Assembly: GCA_003280725.1 (NCBI GenBank)
Contig: QCED01000003.1
Span: forward strand, 571-64,570
Direction: 5' to 3'
Source of the DNA: Prochlorococcus sp. AG-355-M18
Lineage (GTDB): Bacteria; Cyanobacteriota; Cyanobacteriia; PCC-6307; Cyanobiaceae
DNA length: 64,000 nt
Shown here: one piece after another, positions 11,716-22,348 of the stretch
How the letters are laid out: the number at the start of each line of letters is the position of its first letter
Numbering within the stretch: position 1 is the stretch's first letter
Program-made: the position numbers and the translations under genes
The notes under the pieces: model-generated
The model's input: the letters and a program-made list of their open reading frames with translations, nothing else
What the model was told of the DNA's origin: nothing
The model's database searches: none

Positions 11716-12510
11716 TTAAGAATTATTTGGCCAATCTGATTGCATCAGATTCATTATCAATTTGAACCAATGATTAATCAATAGTTCCCTTATATTTTTT
11801 CCTAAAGACTCATTTGCTCCTCTGCTATCACCAATAACACCTGATTGACTTAAGTCGTCAGTTAGCCAGGCTATTGGCGCATTCCCTTCTAAGCTCCACC
11901 CTTCTGGGATCTGCCCTTTAAAGCTCTCATTTGGGCGTTCATCACCTACCAATTCAGGTTTTAAAGCGAGCATCAAACTTGTTTCGGCTAGAGAAGCATG
12001 AAGCCCATCCTCGATCTCAGTTTTTGTTAATAATTCATTTAATCCATTAACACCACTCCACAAGAAACAAGGGAAAACTGCCATCTCAGGTGCGAAACTT
12101 CTTAGCTCTCTTGATGCTGTATTGAGTAGTGAGATTTGACCTCCATGTCCGTTAACCAATATCAATCTTTTAAAACCCATTTCAGATAATTGGCCCCCTA
12201 CTTCCTTAATCATTGAGATTATTAAATTTGAAGAAAGTGAAATTGTCCCAGCAAAACCCTTATGTTCTGGAGAAAAACCAATATATTGAGTTGGAAGTTT
12301 TTTTAATGGAATATCGGGAGAGAATAATTTTAAAACTTCGCTAATGATTTCATCAACAAAAATACTATCAGTAGCAAGAGGCAAATGCGGTCCATGTTGC
12401 TCAACAGCACCGAACGGCCAAATCAATGTTGATCTTTTGTCTTTTGCAATACTCTCAATTTCTTGCCAATTTAAATATTCAAATTTATTAGGTATTGGTT
12501 TAAAGTTCAT
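11716..12510 (-). CDS. creatininase/amidohydrolase family protein
   Basis: GAVEQHGPHLPLATD, SPEH, NGHGG and HAS.AETS motifs. Confidence 0.9.
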   Translation of the reverse strand: MNFKPIPNKFEYLNWQEIESIAKDKRSTLIWPFGAVEQHGPHLPLATDSIFVDEIISEVLKLFSPDIPLKKLPTQYIGFSPEHKGFAGTISLSSNLIISMIKEVGGQLSEMGFKRLILVNGHGGQISLLNTASRELRSFAPEMAVFPCFLWSGVNGLNELLTKTEIEDGLHASLAETSLMLALKPELVGDERPNESFKGQIPEGWSLEGNAPIAWLTDDLSQSGVIGDSRGANESLGKNIRELLINHWFKLIMNLMQSDWPNNS

Positions 12511-12576
12511 TAATTTTAATTTTGAGTACTAACATTTAGAGTATGTTATTAATTAATTATTCTTATTTTACCTACG

Positions 12577-13779
12577 ATGGGAGTCAGTAATAAAAATGCC
12601 CACAATAATATCCAACCAAAGGGCAATAAAAAAGATTTAAAAAAACCTCTTCAGGTGCTTCACATAAGCAAGAAAGATACTCAAGAAATACAGAATGAGC
12701 AAACCAATTCGCAAGAAGAAATTAAAAAAGAAAATATCGTAATCAAACCTCAAATACTTGAAGATGAATCAGCCAAAGAAATCGAGGAGAGTGATGAAAA
12801 CACTAAATCTTTTCATAGTCCACAACAAAACCTAAATAGACCCCTTAATTTTTCTGATCAAAGTACAGATTTTCAATTAGAAAGAACAGTTGATGAATTC
12901 GATTTTGATGAAAGTGCTTTTTTGGAGGCTTTAAATGCAAATGAGCCAATTGGGGCTAAAGGGGAAACAATTTCTGGGAAGGTTATAGCAATCGAAAGTG
13001 ATGGACTATATGTTGACATTGGTGGGAAAGCACCAGGTTATATGCCAAAAAAAGAATGTGGTTTGGGTGTCATAACTAATTTTAAAGAAAAATTTTCCAT
13101 AGGCCTTGAAATGGAAGTTTTAGTTATCAAAGAACAAAATGCTGATGGGATGGTAACAGTGAGCGCTCGAGCATTAATTCTCAGGCAAAGTTGGGAGAAA
13201 GTATCATTTTCCGCAAAAAATGGAGAATTAATTAATGTTTTAATTAATGGGTTTAATAGAGGTGGGCTTACGTGTGATGTAGATGGATTGAGAGGATTCA
13301 TCCCAAGATCTCAACTTGAAAATGGCAAAGATCATCAATCTTTTGTTGGCAAAACTCTAAAAGTTGCCTTTCTTGAGGTAAATCCAGAATCCAGAAAATT
13401 AGTTCTCTCTGAGAAGAAAGCATCATTAGTCTCTAAACTTACAAGTTTAGAATTGGGTCAATTAATTGAAGGAGAAGTTTTAGCAGTAAAACCATATGGC
13501 TTCTTTATTGATTTAGGTGGAGCAAGTGGACTTCTTCATCAATCCTCATTAACAAATGGATCGATTCGTTCTTTGCGAGAAATTTTTAGAGAAGGAGAAA
13601 TTGTAAAAGCTTTAATATCTGAAATAGACCTCGAAAAAGGGCGCATAGGTCTCAATACTGCTCTCTTAGAGAATTCTGCAGGAGAATTAATTATTGATAA
13701 GCAAAAAGTTATGCAAGAGGCCACCGAGAGGGCAATAAAAACTAAAGCACTCTTCGATAAAAAAGAACAAGATAGATGA
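12577..13779 (+). CDS. rps1b: 30S ribosomal protein S1 homolog B (three S1 domains, N-terminal low-complexity extension)
   Basis: S1 repeats: G.V.....DGLYVDIGGK, GLRGFIPRSQL and GLLHQS. Confidence 0.85.
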   Translation: MGVSNKNAHNNIQPKGNKKDLKKPLQVLHISKKDTQEIQNEQTNSQEEIKKENIVIKPQILEDESAKEIEESDENTKSFHSPQQNLNRPLNFSDQSTDFQLERTVDEFDFDESAFLEALNANEPIGAKGETISGKVIAIESDGLYVDIGGKAPGYMPKKECGLGVITNFKEKFSIGLEMEVLVIKEQNADGMVTVSARALILRQSWEKVSFSAKNGELINVLINGFNRGGLTCDVDGLRGFIPRSQLENGKDHQSFVGKTLKVAFLEVNPESRKLVLSEKKASLVSKLTSLELGQLIEGEVLAVKPYGFFIDLGGASGLLHQSSLTNGSIRSLREIFREGEIVKALISEIDLEKGRIGLNTALLENSAGELIIDKQKVMQEATERAIKTKALFDKKEQDR

Positions 13780-14681
13780 ACACCAATAATAAAACAGAAC
13801 CAAGTCTTGGATTAAAAATAGCAGATTGGGAATTAGACTTTTATTCACGACCAATTATTGAATCCAATGGAAAAAAAAGGTGGGAGTTAATTATTTGCTC
13901 TACCAAAACTTATAAGACAGAAGATATTTTTCTTTGGAATAAAAAATGCCCTGCCAATGAAGTTAATTCAGTATGGCTTACAAAGGCATTAAATGAAGCA
14001 ATTAATGATGCAAAAAAAGAAGGCTGGGCAAAACCCTCAAAAGTAAGATTTTGGAGATCGTCAATGAAATCGATAATTAAGAAATCTCTTGAGGCAAAAA
14101 ATATTGAGGCTCTTGTTAGCAGAAGAACTTACGATTTATTCGATAGGATCGAATTTCTTGAAAAAGAGATTTATTCAAAGGAAAAAGGTTATGTAAGAGG
14201 GGTATTAGCTCCTACTTTTACTTCCAAAATTGAAAATCTCCCTAAACCTTTACCAGAAGCAGTGAGGGGAGATGCTCTAACTATCTCTGAAATATCAATT
14301 GGCGAATTAAAGTCAGCAGATAATTTTCCTATGGAATTTGGAGATATTTTCCCAATTCAGCAAGATTTAAATGATAATCATTTAGTTCCAGGATTAAGAC
14401 TTTTCAGCAAAGATAGATCTTTGGCACTTTCTGCATGGTTTAGTTGTTTAGAACCTATTAAATTAGTCGTAAATAAGAACCAACTCATACTTGAAGCTTC
14501 AGAAGATGATAAGTGGCTGGTAACTGATCTATCAGAAAAAGATGCAAACGTTTTGAATACAAAGTTTTTAGAGAATAAAAAAAAATCTTTTGGTTATCAA
14601 TTTATTTCCATACAGTCAACGCCGTATATCGAAAAATTTGCAGGATTCTGGATCTTAAGAGATATTGAATTAATTTCATAA
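13776..14681 (+). CDS. Tab2/Atab2 family RNA-binding protein (DUF1092)
   Basis: WELDFYSRP..GKKRWEL N-terminus and FAGFW C-terminus. Confidence 0.88.
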   Translation: MNTNNKTEPSLGLKIADWELDFYSRPIIESNGKKRWELIICSTKTYKTEDIFLWNKKCPANEVNSVWLTKALNEAINDAKKEGWAKPSKVRFWRSSMKSIIKKSLEAKNIEALVSRRTYDLFDRIEFLEKEIYSKEKGYVRGVLAPTFTSKIENLPKPLPEAVRGDALTISEISIGELKSADNFPMEFGDIFPIQQDLNDNHLVPGLRLFSKDRSLALSAWFSCLEPIKLVVNKNQLILEASEDDKWLVTDLSEKDANVLNTKFLENKKKSFGYQFISIQSTPYIEKFAGFWILRDIELIS

Positions 14682-14703
14682 ATTCAGTTTAGGAGCAGGA
14701 ACT

Positions 14704-15486
14704 ATTCCTTACAAAGAAACATATTTCTCAAAAGATGAAATTCATATTCAAAACAAAAAATTTGAGTATTATTCATCACCTATTCTTAGTCAAAATAATT
14801 TCAAACACGCATACTTCACGAAGTCTTGCTCTGAGAAATTTCTTCAATTATTAGGGAATCACTTTAATGAAAATTCCATAAATTGTGTTTCCAATCAAAT
14901 TCACAGTAATGTGATAGTGTTTGGATCTAATTCACAAAAAGGAACCAAGACTGATGCAGATGGTCTTGTTGGCAATAAAAGCAGTCAAAACTTATGGGTT
15001 TACACAGCTGATTGTATGCCGATATTTTTTGCAGATAAAAGGACAAGAAATGTAGCAACCTTACATTGTGGAAGAAAAGGTTTAGAAAAAAAAATAATAA
15101 AAAATATGGTAAAAATTTTCGATACTTTTGGGACATCTAGAGATGACTTACTTGTTGCAATAGGACCAGCGATTTCTAAGGAACATTATCTAGTTGATAA
15201 AATAACACTCAAAGAATTTTACAATAAGGCCGAAAACAAAAACATAGCTATCAAATTGAATAACACTAAAAAAGATCTTTCTTTTAGTGATTCAAATCAC
15301 TTCAGAGAGCAAAACTTAAATCAACTTGATCTAAAAAGATCTGCCTATAGACAACTTTTTAATGAGAACATCCCTCATAGAAATATAGACATCTCAAATT
15401 TATGCACATACAAATTCAACAATGAATTTTATTCCTGGAGAAGGAGCAAAACAATCTCGAGACAATGGAATCTTATTTGCTCATAA
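14704..15486 (+). CDS. pgeF: peptidoglycan editing factor PgeF / YfiH laccase-domain protein; start proposed at ATT 14704 (ORF track GTG 14911 lacks N-terminal motifs)
   Basis: TADCMP, HCGRKG, IGPAIS, DL, LCT and FYSWRR motifs; HAYFTK and NQIHS lie in frame upstream of 14911. Confidence 0.8.
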   Translation: MPYKETYFSKDEIHIQNKKFEYYSSPILSQNNFKHAYFTKSCSEKFLQLLGNHFNENSINCVSNQIHSNVIVFGSNSQKGTKTDADGLVGNKSSQNLWVYTADCMPIFFADKRTRNVATLHCGRKGLEKKIIKNMVKIFDTFGTSRDDLLVAIGPAISKEHYLVDKITLKEFYNKAENKNIAIKLNNTKKDLSFSDSNHFREQNLNQLDLKRSAYRQLFNENIPHRNIDISNLCTYKFNNEFYSWRRSKTISRQWNLICS

Positions 15487-15492
15487 AAATAA

Positions 15493-15843
15493 TTAACCTG
15501 GACAAATTTCACTACTTAAGTTTTTAGCGACCAATAATTCCGTCATCTCCTTAGTACCTTTAATATTAAAAACTTTAGCTAACAAAACATTCTCTTTAAA
15601 ACCAAAAGGCTTTATTTTCACTTTGCTCCCCCTTGGGAATTCACTCTTAAGTAAATTAGTTGCTTCGATCTCATCATTTTCATTTACATCTACACAAAAT
15701 AATCCAATAGTTAAATTCCTATTTTGATCACCCACCAAAATAGTATTTGAACTTTTAATTTGAAGAATTTCAGCCGAGTTAACTATTACAGGATTAAGAA
15801 CAATCAAGCATACTATAATTAAAATTTTTGATAATTTTTTCAA
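15493..15843 (-). CDS. exported protein with SNase-like (thermonuclease OB-fold) appearance
   Basis: Signal peptide (cleavage about VNS-A), IGLFCVD in place of RLxxID, and LAKVF...MTELLV; catalytic residues appear degenerate. Confidence 0.6.
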   Translation of the reverse strand: MKKLSKILIIVCLIVLNPVIVNSAEILQIKSSNTILVGDQNRNLTIGLFCVDVNENDEIEATNLLKSEFPRGSKVKIKPFGFKENVLLAKVFNIKGTKEMTELLVAKNLSSEICPG

Positions 15844-15909
15844 TTTAGAGTTATCTAAGTTTTTAAATTATCTTAAAGTTAATTTGTTTAAATGACGAAT
15901 TAAAAAAAA

Positions 15910-17673
15910 TTAGTCTTCACAATTAACATATCCAACCATTTGAGCATTACTTTTACCAGGAGGAACCATTGGATAGCAATTTTCACCTCTTCTGACAAGG
16001 ATATTAATCAATGCAGGGCCCTCATGATCAAGCGCATTCTTTAATTCATTCTGTAATTTTTTTCTATCAGAAATTAAGTATCCTTTAACTCCAAAAGACT
16101 CAGCAAGTTTTACAAAATCAGGTTCACCACAACTCATATCAGATGAAGAATATCTTTCATCGTAAAAACTTTCCTGCCATTGTCTTACCATCCCTTGCCA
16201 GCGATTATTAATAATAATCAATTTCACCTTTAGACCATATTGAGATAAAGTTCCTAATTCTTGAATATTCATTAAGACACTTGCATCCCCTGCAATGCAA
16301 ATTACATCTGAATTAGGTAAAGCTGCCTTAACTCCAATTGCCGCTGGCAATCCAAAACCCATAGTTCCTAAGCCTGCACTACTAATCCATTTTCTTGGAG
16401 AATTCCTAAGATATTGAGCAGCCCACATTTGATGTTGTCCTACATCTGTAGTTACATAAGCTTCAGGTGAAAGTTCCCTAACTTTCAAGAGCACTTCCTG
16501 AGGGAAAATTTCTCCTTCTTTAGGCGGATTATACAAAGGATGTTTATTTTTCCAAAAATCAATTTTTTCTAGCCAGTTCTTCGTCTTACAAGAGAATTTG
16601 TTTTCAAAAGATATTTCATTAATTTTGCGAACAGCTTTTGAGACGTCAGAGACAATTGCAACATCTACACGTCTATTTTTATTAACTTCTGCCGGATCTA
16701 TATCTATATGAATGACCTTTGCATTAGGTGCAAAAGTATCTAATTTACCCGTAACTCTATCATCAAATCTAGCCCCAACAGCTATCAAGAGATCACATTC
16801 TGTTACTGCAAAGTTCGCGTAAGCAGTTCCGTGCATTCCCAGCATTCCCACTGATAAATTATCTTTTTCATCAAAAGCTCCTTTCCCCATTAATGTTGTA
16901 GTAACCGGTATTTGATAATTTTTTGCCAAAGTTTTTACTTCATCATGAGCCCCTGAGGATATTGCACCACCGCCAACGTAGAGAAGAGGTCTTTCCGATT
17001 TTTCTATCAATTTAATAGCTTTTTTTACATCACATTCATTTATATTTCCATTTCTTTTAAATCCCTTAGGAATAATCTCACCAGGAAAAACTCTTTGGTA
17101 ATTAAAGAATTCTTGACCTACATCCTTGGGTATATCAATTAAAACAGGGCCAGGTCTTCCAGAAGATGCTATAAAAAAAGCTTCTGAAACTACTTTGGCT
17201 ATATCTGAAGGATCTCTTATAACCCAAGAATGTTTAACTATTGGCAGGGTTATACCAAAAATATCAGTTTCTTGGAAAGCATCTGTCCCTATGGCAGGTC
17301 TTGGGACTTGGCCAGTAACTACTACAAGAGGAACAGAATCCATTTGAGCAGTTGCAATTCCGGTTACCAAATTTGTTGCGCCTGGACCTGAGGTCCCAAA
17401 ACATACTCCCACTTCACCAGTAGATCTTGCATATCCATCAGCCGCATGAGAACCTCCTTGTTCATGCCTCACCATATAATGCTTTAACCAACCATCTTGT
17501 TCTGCCTTATGAACAGCGTCATAAATTGGTAATATTGCTCCACCAGGATATCCAAATATAACCTTTACCCCATGAATTTTCAGAGAATCCATTAATGCAT
17601 CTGCACCTGTAATCCAAACTGGTTTATTATTTTTTGAACTACCCTTTGACAAGGATCTCGAAGTAAGAGTCAC
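15910..17673 (-). CDS. ilvB: acetolactate synthase large subunit (GTG start)
   Basis: [31 protein letters not shown] and ThDP motif GDAS.LMN...NN. Confidence 0.97.
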   Translation of the reverse strand: MTLTSRSLSKGSSKNNKPVWITGADALMDSLKIHGVKVIFGYPGGAILPIYDAVHKAEQDGWLKHYMVRHEQGGSHAADGYARSTGEVGVCFGTSGPGATNLVTGIATAQMDSVPLVVVTGQVPRPAIGTDAFQETDIFGITLPIVKHSWVIRDPSDIAKVVSEAFFIASSGRPGPVLIDIPKDVGQEFFNYQRVFPGEIIPKGFKRNGNINECDVKKAIKLIEKSERPLLYVGGGAISSGAHDEVKTLAKNYQIPVTTTLMGKGAFDEKDNLSVGMLGMHGTAYANFAVTECDLLIAVGARFDDRVTGKLDTFAPNAKVIHIDIDPAEVNKNRRVDVAIVSDVSKAVRKINEISFENKFSCKTKNWLEKIDFWKNKHPLYNPPKEGEIFPQEVLLKVRELSPEAYVTTDVGQHQMWAAQYLRNSPRKWISSAGLGTMGFGLPAAIGVKAALPNSDVICIAGDASVLMNIQELGTLSQYGLKVKLIIINNRWQGMVRQWQESFYDERYSSSDMSCGEPDFVKLAESFGVKGYLISDRKKLQNELKNALDHEGPALINILVRRGENCYPMVPPGKSNAQMVGYVNCED

Positions 17674-17809
17674 AAAAGAAATTCAATATTTAATATAAAT
17701 ATTAAACTCAATTAAATACTTTTGCCTCATTTAGAAATGTAATGTCAGAAAACTATTCAAAAAAATCTTTCAATCAATTTAAAAATATTAAATAAATATA
17801 TATTGATCT

Positions 17810-18985
17810 TTATAAAATCCCTAGCTTATGTAAGGGGCCAGATCCTGAAATAAGTTCAATAAAAAGTATAAGAAAAACAATCATTGCAACTCTTCCATTC
17901 CAAACCTCAGAGCTATTATTCCAACCCCATTGCCATTTCTCTTGTGGATAAAGTTTAACTTTTTCGGGCAATTGTGAAGCTTCCTCAATGTTAATAAGGG
18001 GTCCTTCTAAACAAGTAACTACTAAATCACTAAGGCCCTCAATAAAAGTAGGATGCGTATTTAAAGCCCTTACTCTTCGAAAGTTTTTAATCCCAGCCTT
18101 TTCAGCAATTTCTTTGTATTCAATATCAATTTCTTGCAAAGTTTCAATGTGCTCTCCAACAAAACTTATGGGAACAACAACCAGATCATTAACGTTTGAC
18201 CTCCCAAGATCAGCTAACACTTCTTCTGTATAAGGTTTCAACCATTCAACTGGGCCAACTCTGCTTTGATAAGAAAGTGTATAAGGGTTACTGTGCCCTA
18301 GAAATTTTTCGAGCTCATTTATTATCAACAAAGAACAATCTTCAATTTGTTGTTTGTAAGGATCGCCAGCTTCTTCTACGTAACTCTTGGGAACTCCGTG
18401 AGCAGTAAAAAATATGTGAGCATTTGAAGGTGATTCGCAAAGTGAAATTTGTTCAGAAATTAATTCAACCATAGACTTTAGATAACCTGATTGACTGAAC
18501 CAACTCCTTACACATCTCATTGGAATCTTCTTAAAATCATTATCAGAATCTCGTAATTTTTTTAATTCCCTAAAGCTCGAACCGCTTGTACTTATTGAGA
18601 AATGTGGATACAAAGGCAAGACAACAATTTGATCTATACCATCTGCTTTCATATCAGCAATAGCTGATTCAGTAAAAGGATGCCAATACCTCATAGCTAT
18701 ATAGGTAGTAGCATTTAACCCTTTATCCCTTAAATTAGATTGTAATTCTCTTGCTTGTTGTTCAGTGATCCTTCTTATCGGGGAACCTCCACCTATAGAA
18801 AGGTAGGCCTGTTGTGAAGTAGTACTTCTAAGTGTGCTTATTAACCAAGCTAAAGGCTTTTGAAAAGCAGGGAATGGGGTCCTGATTATCTCTGGATCAG
18901 AAAAAAGATTATATAAGAATGGGCCTACATCAGTAATGCGTTCAGGCCCTCCTAAATTCATTAGTAAGACCCCTATTTTATCCAT
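17810..18985 (-). CDS. hemH: ferrochelatase with C-terminal CAB/HLIP domain
   Basis: [20 protein letters not shown] and [10 protein letters not shown] motifs; C-terminal EVWNGRVAM. Confidence 0.97.
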   Translation of the reverse strand: MDKIGVLLMNLGGPERITDVGPFLYNLFSDPEIIRTPFPAFQKPLAWLISTLRSTTSQQAYLSIGGGSPIRRITEQQARELQSNLRDKGLNATTYIAMRYWHPFTESAIADMKADGIDQIVVLPLYPHFSISTSGSSFRELKKLRDSDNDFKKIPMRCVRSWFSQSGYLKSMVELISEQISLCESPSNAHIFFTAHGVPKSYVEEAGDPYKQQIEDCSLLIINELEKFLGHSNPYTLSYQSRVGPVEWLKPYTEEVLADLGRSNVNDLVVVPISFVGEHIETLQEIDIEYKEIAEKAGIKNFRRVRALNTHPTFIEGLSDLVVTCLEGPLINIEEASQLPEKVKLYPQEKWQWGWNNSSEVWNGRVAMIVFLILFIELISGSGPLHKLGIL

Positions 18986-19050
18986 TTAAAATATATGGAG
19001 ATTGAAAATCAACATTTAAAACGTCATTATAAGGTCAATTATAGAAGTAA

Positions 19051-20220
19051 ATGAACGTAATTCAGGAAATTAATAATATCAATGATAAATTTGCTACTCA
19101 AGGCAGCAAGCTTAGAATTGAAAAAAGGGGAGAGAAATTAAATATTAGAGGTTCTCTACCCTCTAAAGAAGATAAAAACAACTTCAAAATTCAAAGAATA
19201 TCTCTTGGGATTAAGGCTGATATTTATGGATTAGAAGAAGCTAAAAAAAAATTACAATTAATCAACTTGCAACTAGAATTAAATCAATTTGATTGGATTA
19301 ATTGGATAAGCAACCCAAATAAAAAGCTAGCAAAAAATGATTTTGAATTTCCAAATCAATTAAATCAATTTGAGGAATTTTTTTTTAAAGAAAGCAAGAG
19401 TGAATTTCGAAGCAGCACTAGAAAAACCACTTGGAGAAGTTCTTACAAGCCCTATATGAAAAGAATACTTGATATCTATAATGCTCATAAAAATGAAGCT
19501 TTAGATAAAATATTTCAAAAAACACTTGAAAGCTACCAAAAAGGGAGCAGAAGTAGAAAACAATGCGCTACTTCTTTAAATGTTTTGGCTAAGTACTTGG
19601 ATATTCAACTTCCAGAAGATTGGAAATTAAATTCTAGAGGATATGGTCTGAATAAAGCAGGATTTAGAGATCTCCCTAAAGACGAATTAATTGAAAAGCT
19701 TTGGGAGAGGATACCAAACAAATCTTGGAGATTTGTTTTTGGTTTAATGGCTACATATGGATTAAGAAATCATGAAGTATTTTTTTGTGATTTAAGCTCA
19801 TTAACTAATTTTGGAGATAAAATTATTAGAGTTTTGCCTACAACTAAAACAGGCGAACATCAAGTTTGGCCATTCCATCCTGAATGGGTAGAAAAGTTCG
19901 AATTATTACAACTTGGTGAAAATCCAGAACTACTGCCAGATATTAATAGAGACCTTAAATTTACAACCTTACAGAATATTGGAAAAAAAATTACAGACCA
20001 GTTTAAGCGTTATTCTCTACAAATCAAACCTTATGACCTAAGACATGCTTGGGCAGTAAGAACAATTTTTTATGATTTACCTGATACAGTGGCTGCCAGA
20101 ATGATGGGACATTCAGTTAGCCTACATACTCACACTTATCACCATTGGATTACTAAAAGAGATCAACAACAGGCAGTAAATAATGCACTTTTAAAAGTTA
20201 AAAGAGTTAAAAATATTTAA
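19051..20220 (+). CDS. solitary tyrosine recombinase / phage integrase family protein
   Basis: Catalytic set: YGLRNHE (R), TKTG (K), YDLRH, MGHS (H) and HTY (Y). Confidence 0.9.
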   Translation: MNVIQEINNINDKFATQGSKLRIEKRGEKLNIRGSLPSKEDKNNFKIQRISLGIKADIYGLEEAKKKLQLINLQLELNQFDWINWISNPNKKLAKNDFEFPNQLNQFEEFFFKESKSEFRSSTRKTTWRSSYKPYMKRILDIYNAHKNEALDKIFQKTLESYQKGSRSRKQCATSLNVLAKYLDIQLPEDWKLNSRGYGLNKAGFRDLPKDELIEKLWERIPNKSWRFVFGLMATYGLRNHEVFFCDLSSLTNFGDKIIRVLPTTKTGEHQVWPFHPEWVEKFELLQLGENPELLPDINRDLKFTTLQNIGKKITDQFKRYSLQIKPYDLRHAWAVRTIFYDLPDTVAARMMGHSVSLHTHTYHHWITKRDQQQAVNNALLKVKRVKNI

Positions 20221-20254
20221 AGATTTATAATAATTAAATACAAATAAGGGGCAT

Positions 20255-20947
20255 ATGCAAGAAAAACCTTCATCTTCCGAGAAAGTATTTAACCTCGATA
20301 ATCAAGCAAATGAACTTGGAATGGGAGGTAAATTATCACCGGATAGCGATGAGAGATCATATAAAAAAAGAATGCAGCAAAGAAAAGATATTCAAGCCGA
20401 AAGACTACAAATTAGAAAAACAAAAAAAGGATTATTGATTGTTTTTACAGGAAATGGCAAGGGCAAAACAACTGCATCTTTAGGAATGGCTTTAAGAACG
20501 ATAGGTCATGGCTATAAAGTAGCAATAATTCAATTCATCAAAGGAGGCTGGACCACTGGAGAAGAAAAAGCACTTAAAAACTTGTCTTCAAACATCTCTT
20601 GGCATTCATTAGGAGAGGGATTTACTTGGGAAACACAAGACCGAATAAGAGATGAAAAATTAGTTCAAGAGGCGTGGCAACTAGCCAAAAAATACATACA
20701 AAACGAATCTTATAAACTTATAATTCTTGATGAAATTAATATTGCGACAAAACTTGGTTATCTTGCAACCGAAGAAATAATCACTTTTTTAAAAAGCTTA
20801 AATAATAGAAAAAATCATATTGTTTTAACTGGGAGGGGGGCATCTGATTCAATTATCAATTACGCAGATTTAGTTACAGAAATGAAACTAATAAGACATC
20901 CATTTAAAGAACAAGGAATAAAAGCGCAAAAGTGTGTTGAATTTTAG
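20255..20947 (+). CDS. cobO: cob(I)yrinic acid a,c-diamide adenosyltransferase
   Basis: TGNGKGKTTA, QFIKG, GEGFTW, LDEIN, LTGR and ADLVTEM motifs. Confidence 0.95.
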   Translation: MQEKPSSSEKVFNLDNQANELGMGGKLSPDSDERSYKKRMQQRKDIQAERLQIRKTKKGLLIVFTGNGKGKTTASLGMALRTIGHGYKVAIIQFIKGGWTTGEEKALKNLSSNISWHSLGEGFTWETQDRIRDEKLVQEAWQLAKKYIQNESYKLIILDEINIATKLGYLATEEIITFLKSLNNRKNHIVLTGRGASDSIINYADLVTEMKLIRHPFKEQGIKAQKCVEF

Positions 20948-21074
20948 TTGAAGTAAATTATTATTTAAATTTTCGTTAGGCAGGTTTAGAAATGTTTAAA
21001 GACGCAAGCAATATCTGAACAAAAAATAAATTTGGTGCATTTACTTGCTAATGTCTTAAAAGTACAATTATTGA

Positions 21075-21779
21075 ATGACTTACAAAAGAGTTCTCTTAAA
21101 ACTTAGTGGTGAAGCACTAATGGGTGAAAAACCTTATGGTATTGATCCTGCTATAGTTCAGTCAATTGCAGAGGATGTTTCAAAAGTAGTCGAAAATAAT
21201 GTGCAACTTGCAATAGTTGTTGGGGGCGGAAACATTTTTAGGGGACTTAAAGGGTCTGCAGATGGGATGGATAGAGCGACCGCTGATTACGTTGGGATGC
21301 TCGCAACAGTAATGAATGCTATTTCACTTCAAGATGGTTTAGAAAGAGTAGGAGTTGCGACCAGAGTTCAAACTGCAATAGAAATGCAGGAAATTGCGGA
21401 ACCCTATATCAGAAGACGAGCTATGAGACACCTTGAGAAAGGAAGAGTTGTTGTCTTCGGAGGTGGATGTGGAAATCCATTTTTTACAACTGACACTACA
21501 GCGGCTCTGAGAGCAGCGGAGATAAATGCTGAAGTTGTTATGAAGGCTACTAAAGTTGATGGGGTATACGATCGTGATCCTAATCAATTTAAAGATGCAA
21601 AAAAATATTCCTCTCTAAGTTATCAACAAGTTCTCAGTGATGAAATTGCAGTAATGGACAGTACTGCGATTGCACTTTGCAAAGATAATAATATCCCAAT
21701 TATGGTTTTTGATATATTCAAAAAAGGGAACATTTCTAAAGCTGTTGCTGGTGAGCCAATAGGCTCTTTAATTAGTTAA
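21075..21779 (+). CDS. pyrH: uridylate kinase
   Basis: [20 protein letters not shown] and GNPFFTTDT motifs. Confidence 0.98.
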   Translation: MTYKRVLLKLSGEALMGEKPYGIDPAIVQSIAEDVSKVVENNVQLAIVVGGGNIFRGLKGSADGMDRATADYVGMLATVMNAISLQDGLERVGVATRVQTAIEMQEIAEPYIRRRAMRHLEKGRVVVFGGGCGNPFFTTDTTAALRAAEINAEVVMKATKVDGVYDRDPNQFKDAKKYSSLSYQQVLSDEIAVMDSTAIALCKDNNIPIMVFDIFKKGNISKAVAGEPIGSLIS

Positions 21780-21799
21780 AGATCATTTATTTTTTAATT

Positions 21800-22348
21800 A
21801 TGAAAGAAAAAGAAATTCAAGAAAATATGAATAAAAGTATTGAAGCCACGCAAAGAAACTTTAATACAATAAGGACAGGTAGAGCTAATGCTTCCTTGTT
21901 AGACAGAGTAAGTGTTGAGTACTATGGAGTAGAAACACCAATCAAATCGCTTGCCACTATAAGCACTGTTGATTCGCAAACAATTTCAATACAACCTTTC
22001 GATATTTCATGCTTGCAAGCGATAGAGAAATCTATTTCTATGAGTGATTTAGGTATTACTCCAAATAATGATGGAAAAGTAATAAGAATAAATGTTCCAC
22101 CTTTAACAGAAGAAAGAAGAAAAGAATTTTGTAAATTAGCCTCTAAATATGCAGAGGAAGGAAAAGTAGCTTTGAGAAATATCAGAAGAGATGCTGTTGA
22201 TAAAGAAAAAAAAGAAGAAAAAGATGGCCTTATTTCTATTGACGAATCGAGAGATAATCAATCTGAAATTCAGAAAATTACTGATAAATATATTGCTTTA
22301 ATAGAAACTAAATTATCTGAGAAAGAGAAGGAAATACTTAAAGTTTGA
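21800..22348 (+). CDS. frr: ribosome recycling factor
   Basis: [17 protein letters not shown] and RNIRRDA motifs; follows pyrH. Confidence 0.97.
   Translation: MKEKEIQENMNKSIEATQRNFNTIRTGRANASLLDRVSVEYYGVETPIKSLATISTVDSQTISIQPFDISCLQAIEKSISMSDLGITPNNDGKVIRINVPPLTEERRKEFCKLASKYAEEGKVALRNIRRDAVDKEKKEEKDGLISIDESRDNQSEIQKITDKYIALIETKLSEKEKEILKV

Noticed and set aside
18986-20254. Integrase as the boundary of a prophage or genomic island
   Set aside because: Flanked tightly by hemH and cobO, with no tRNA target, att-like direct repeats, cargo or visible compositional shift.
20999-21057. Imperfect hairpin upstream of pyrH (AAGAC-GCAAG...CTTGC-TAAT-GTCTT)
   Set aside because: Short interrupted arms around a large loop; not distinguishable from chance by eye.
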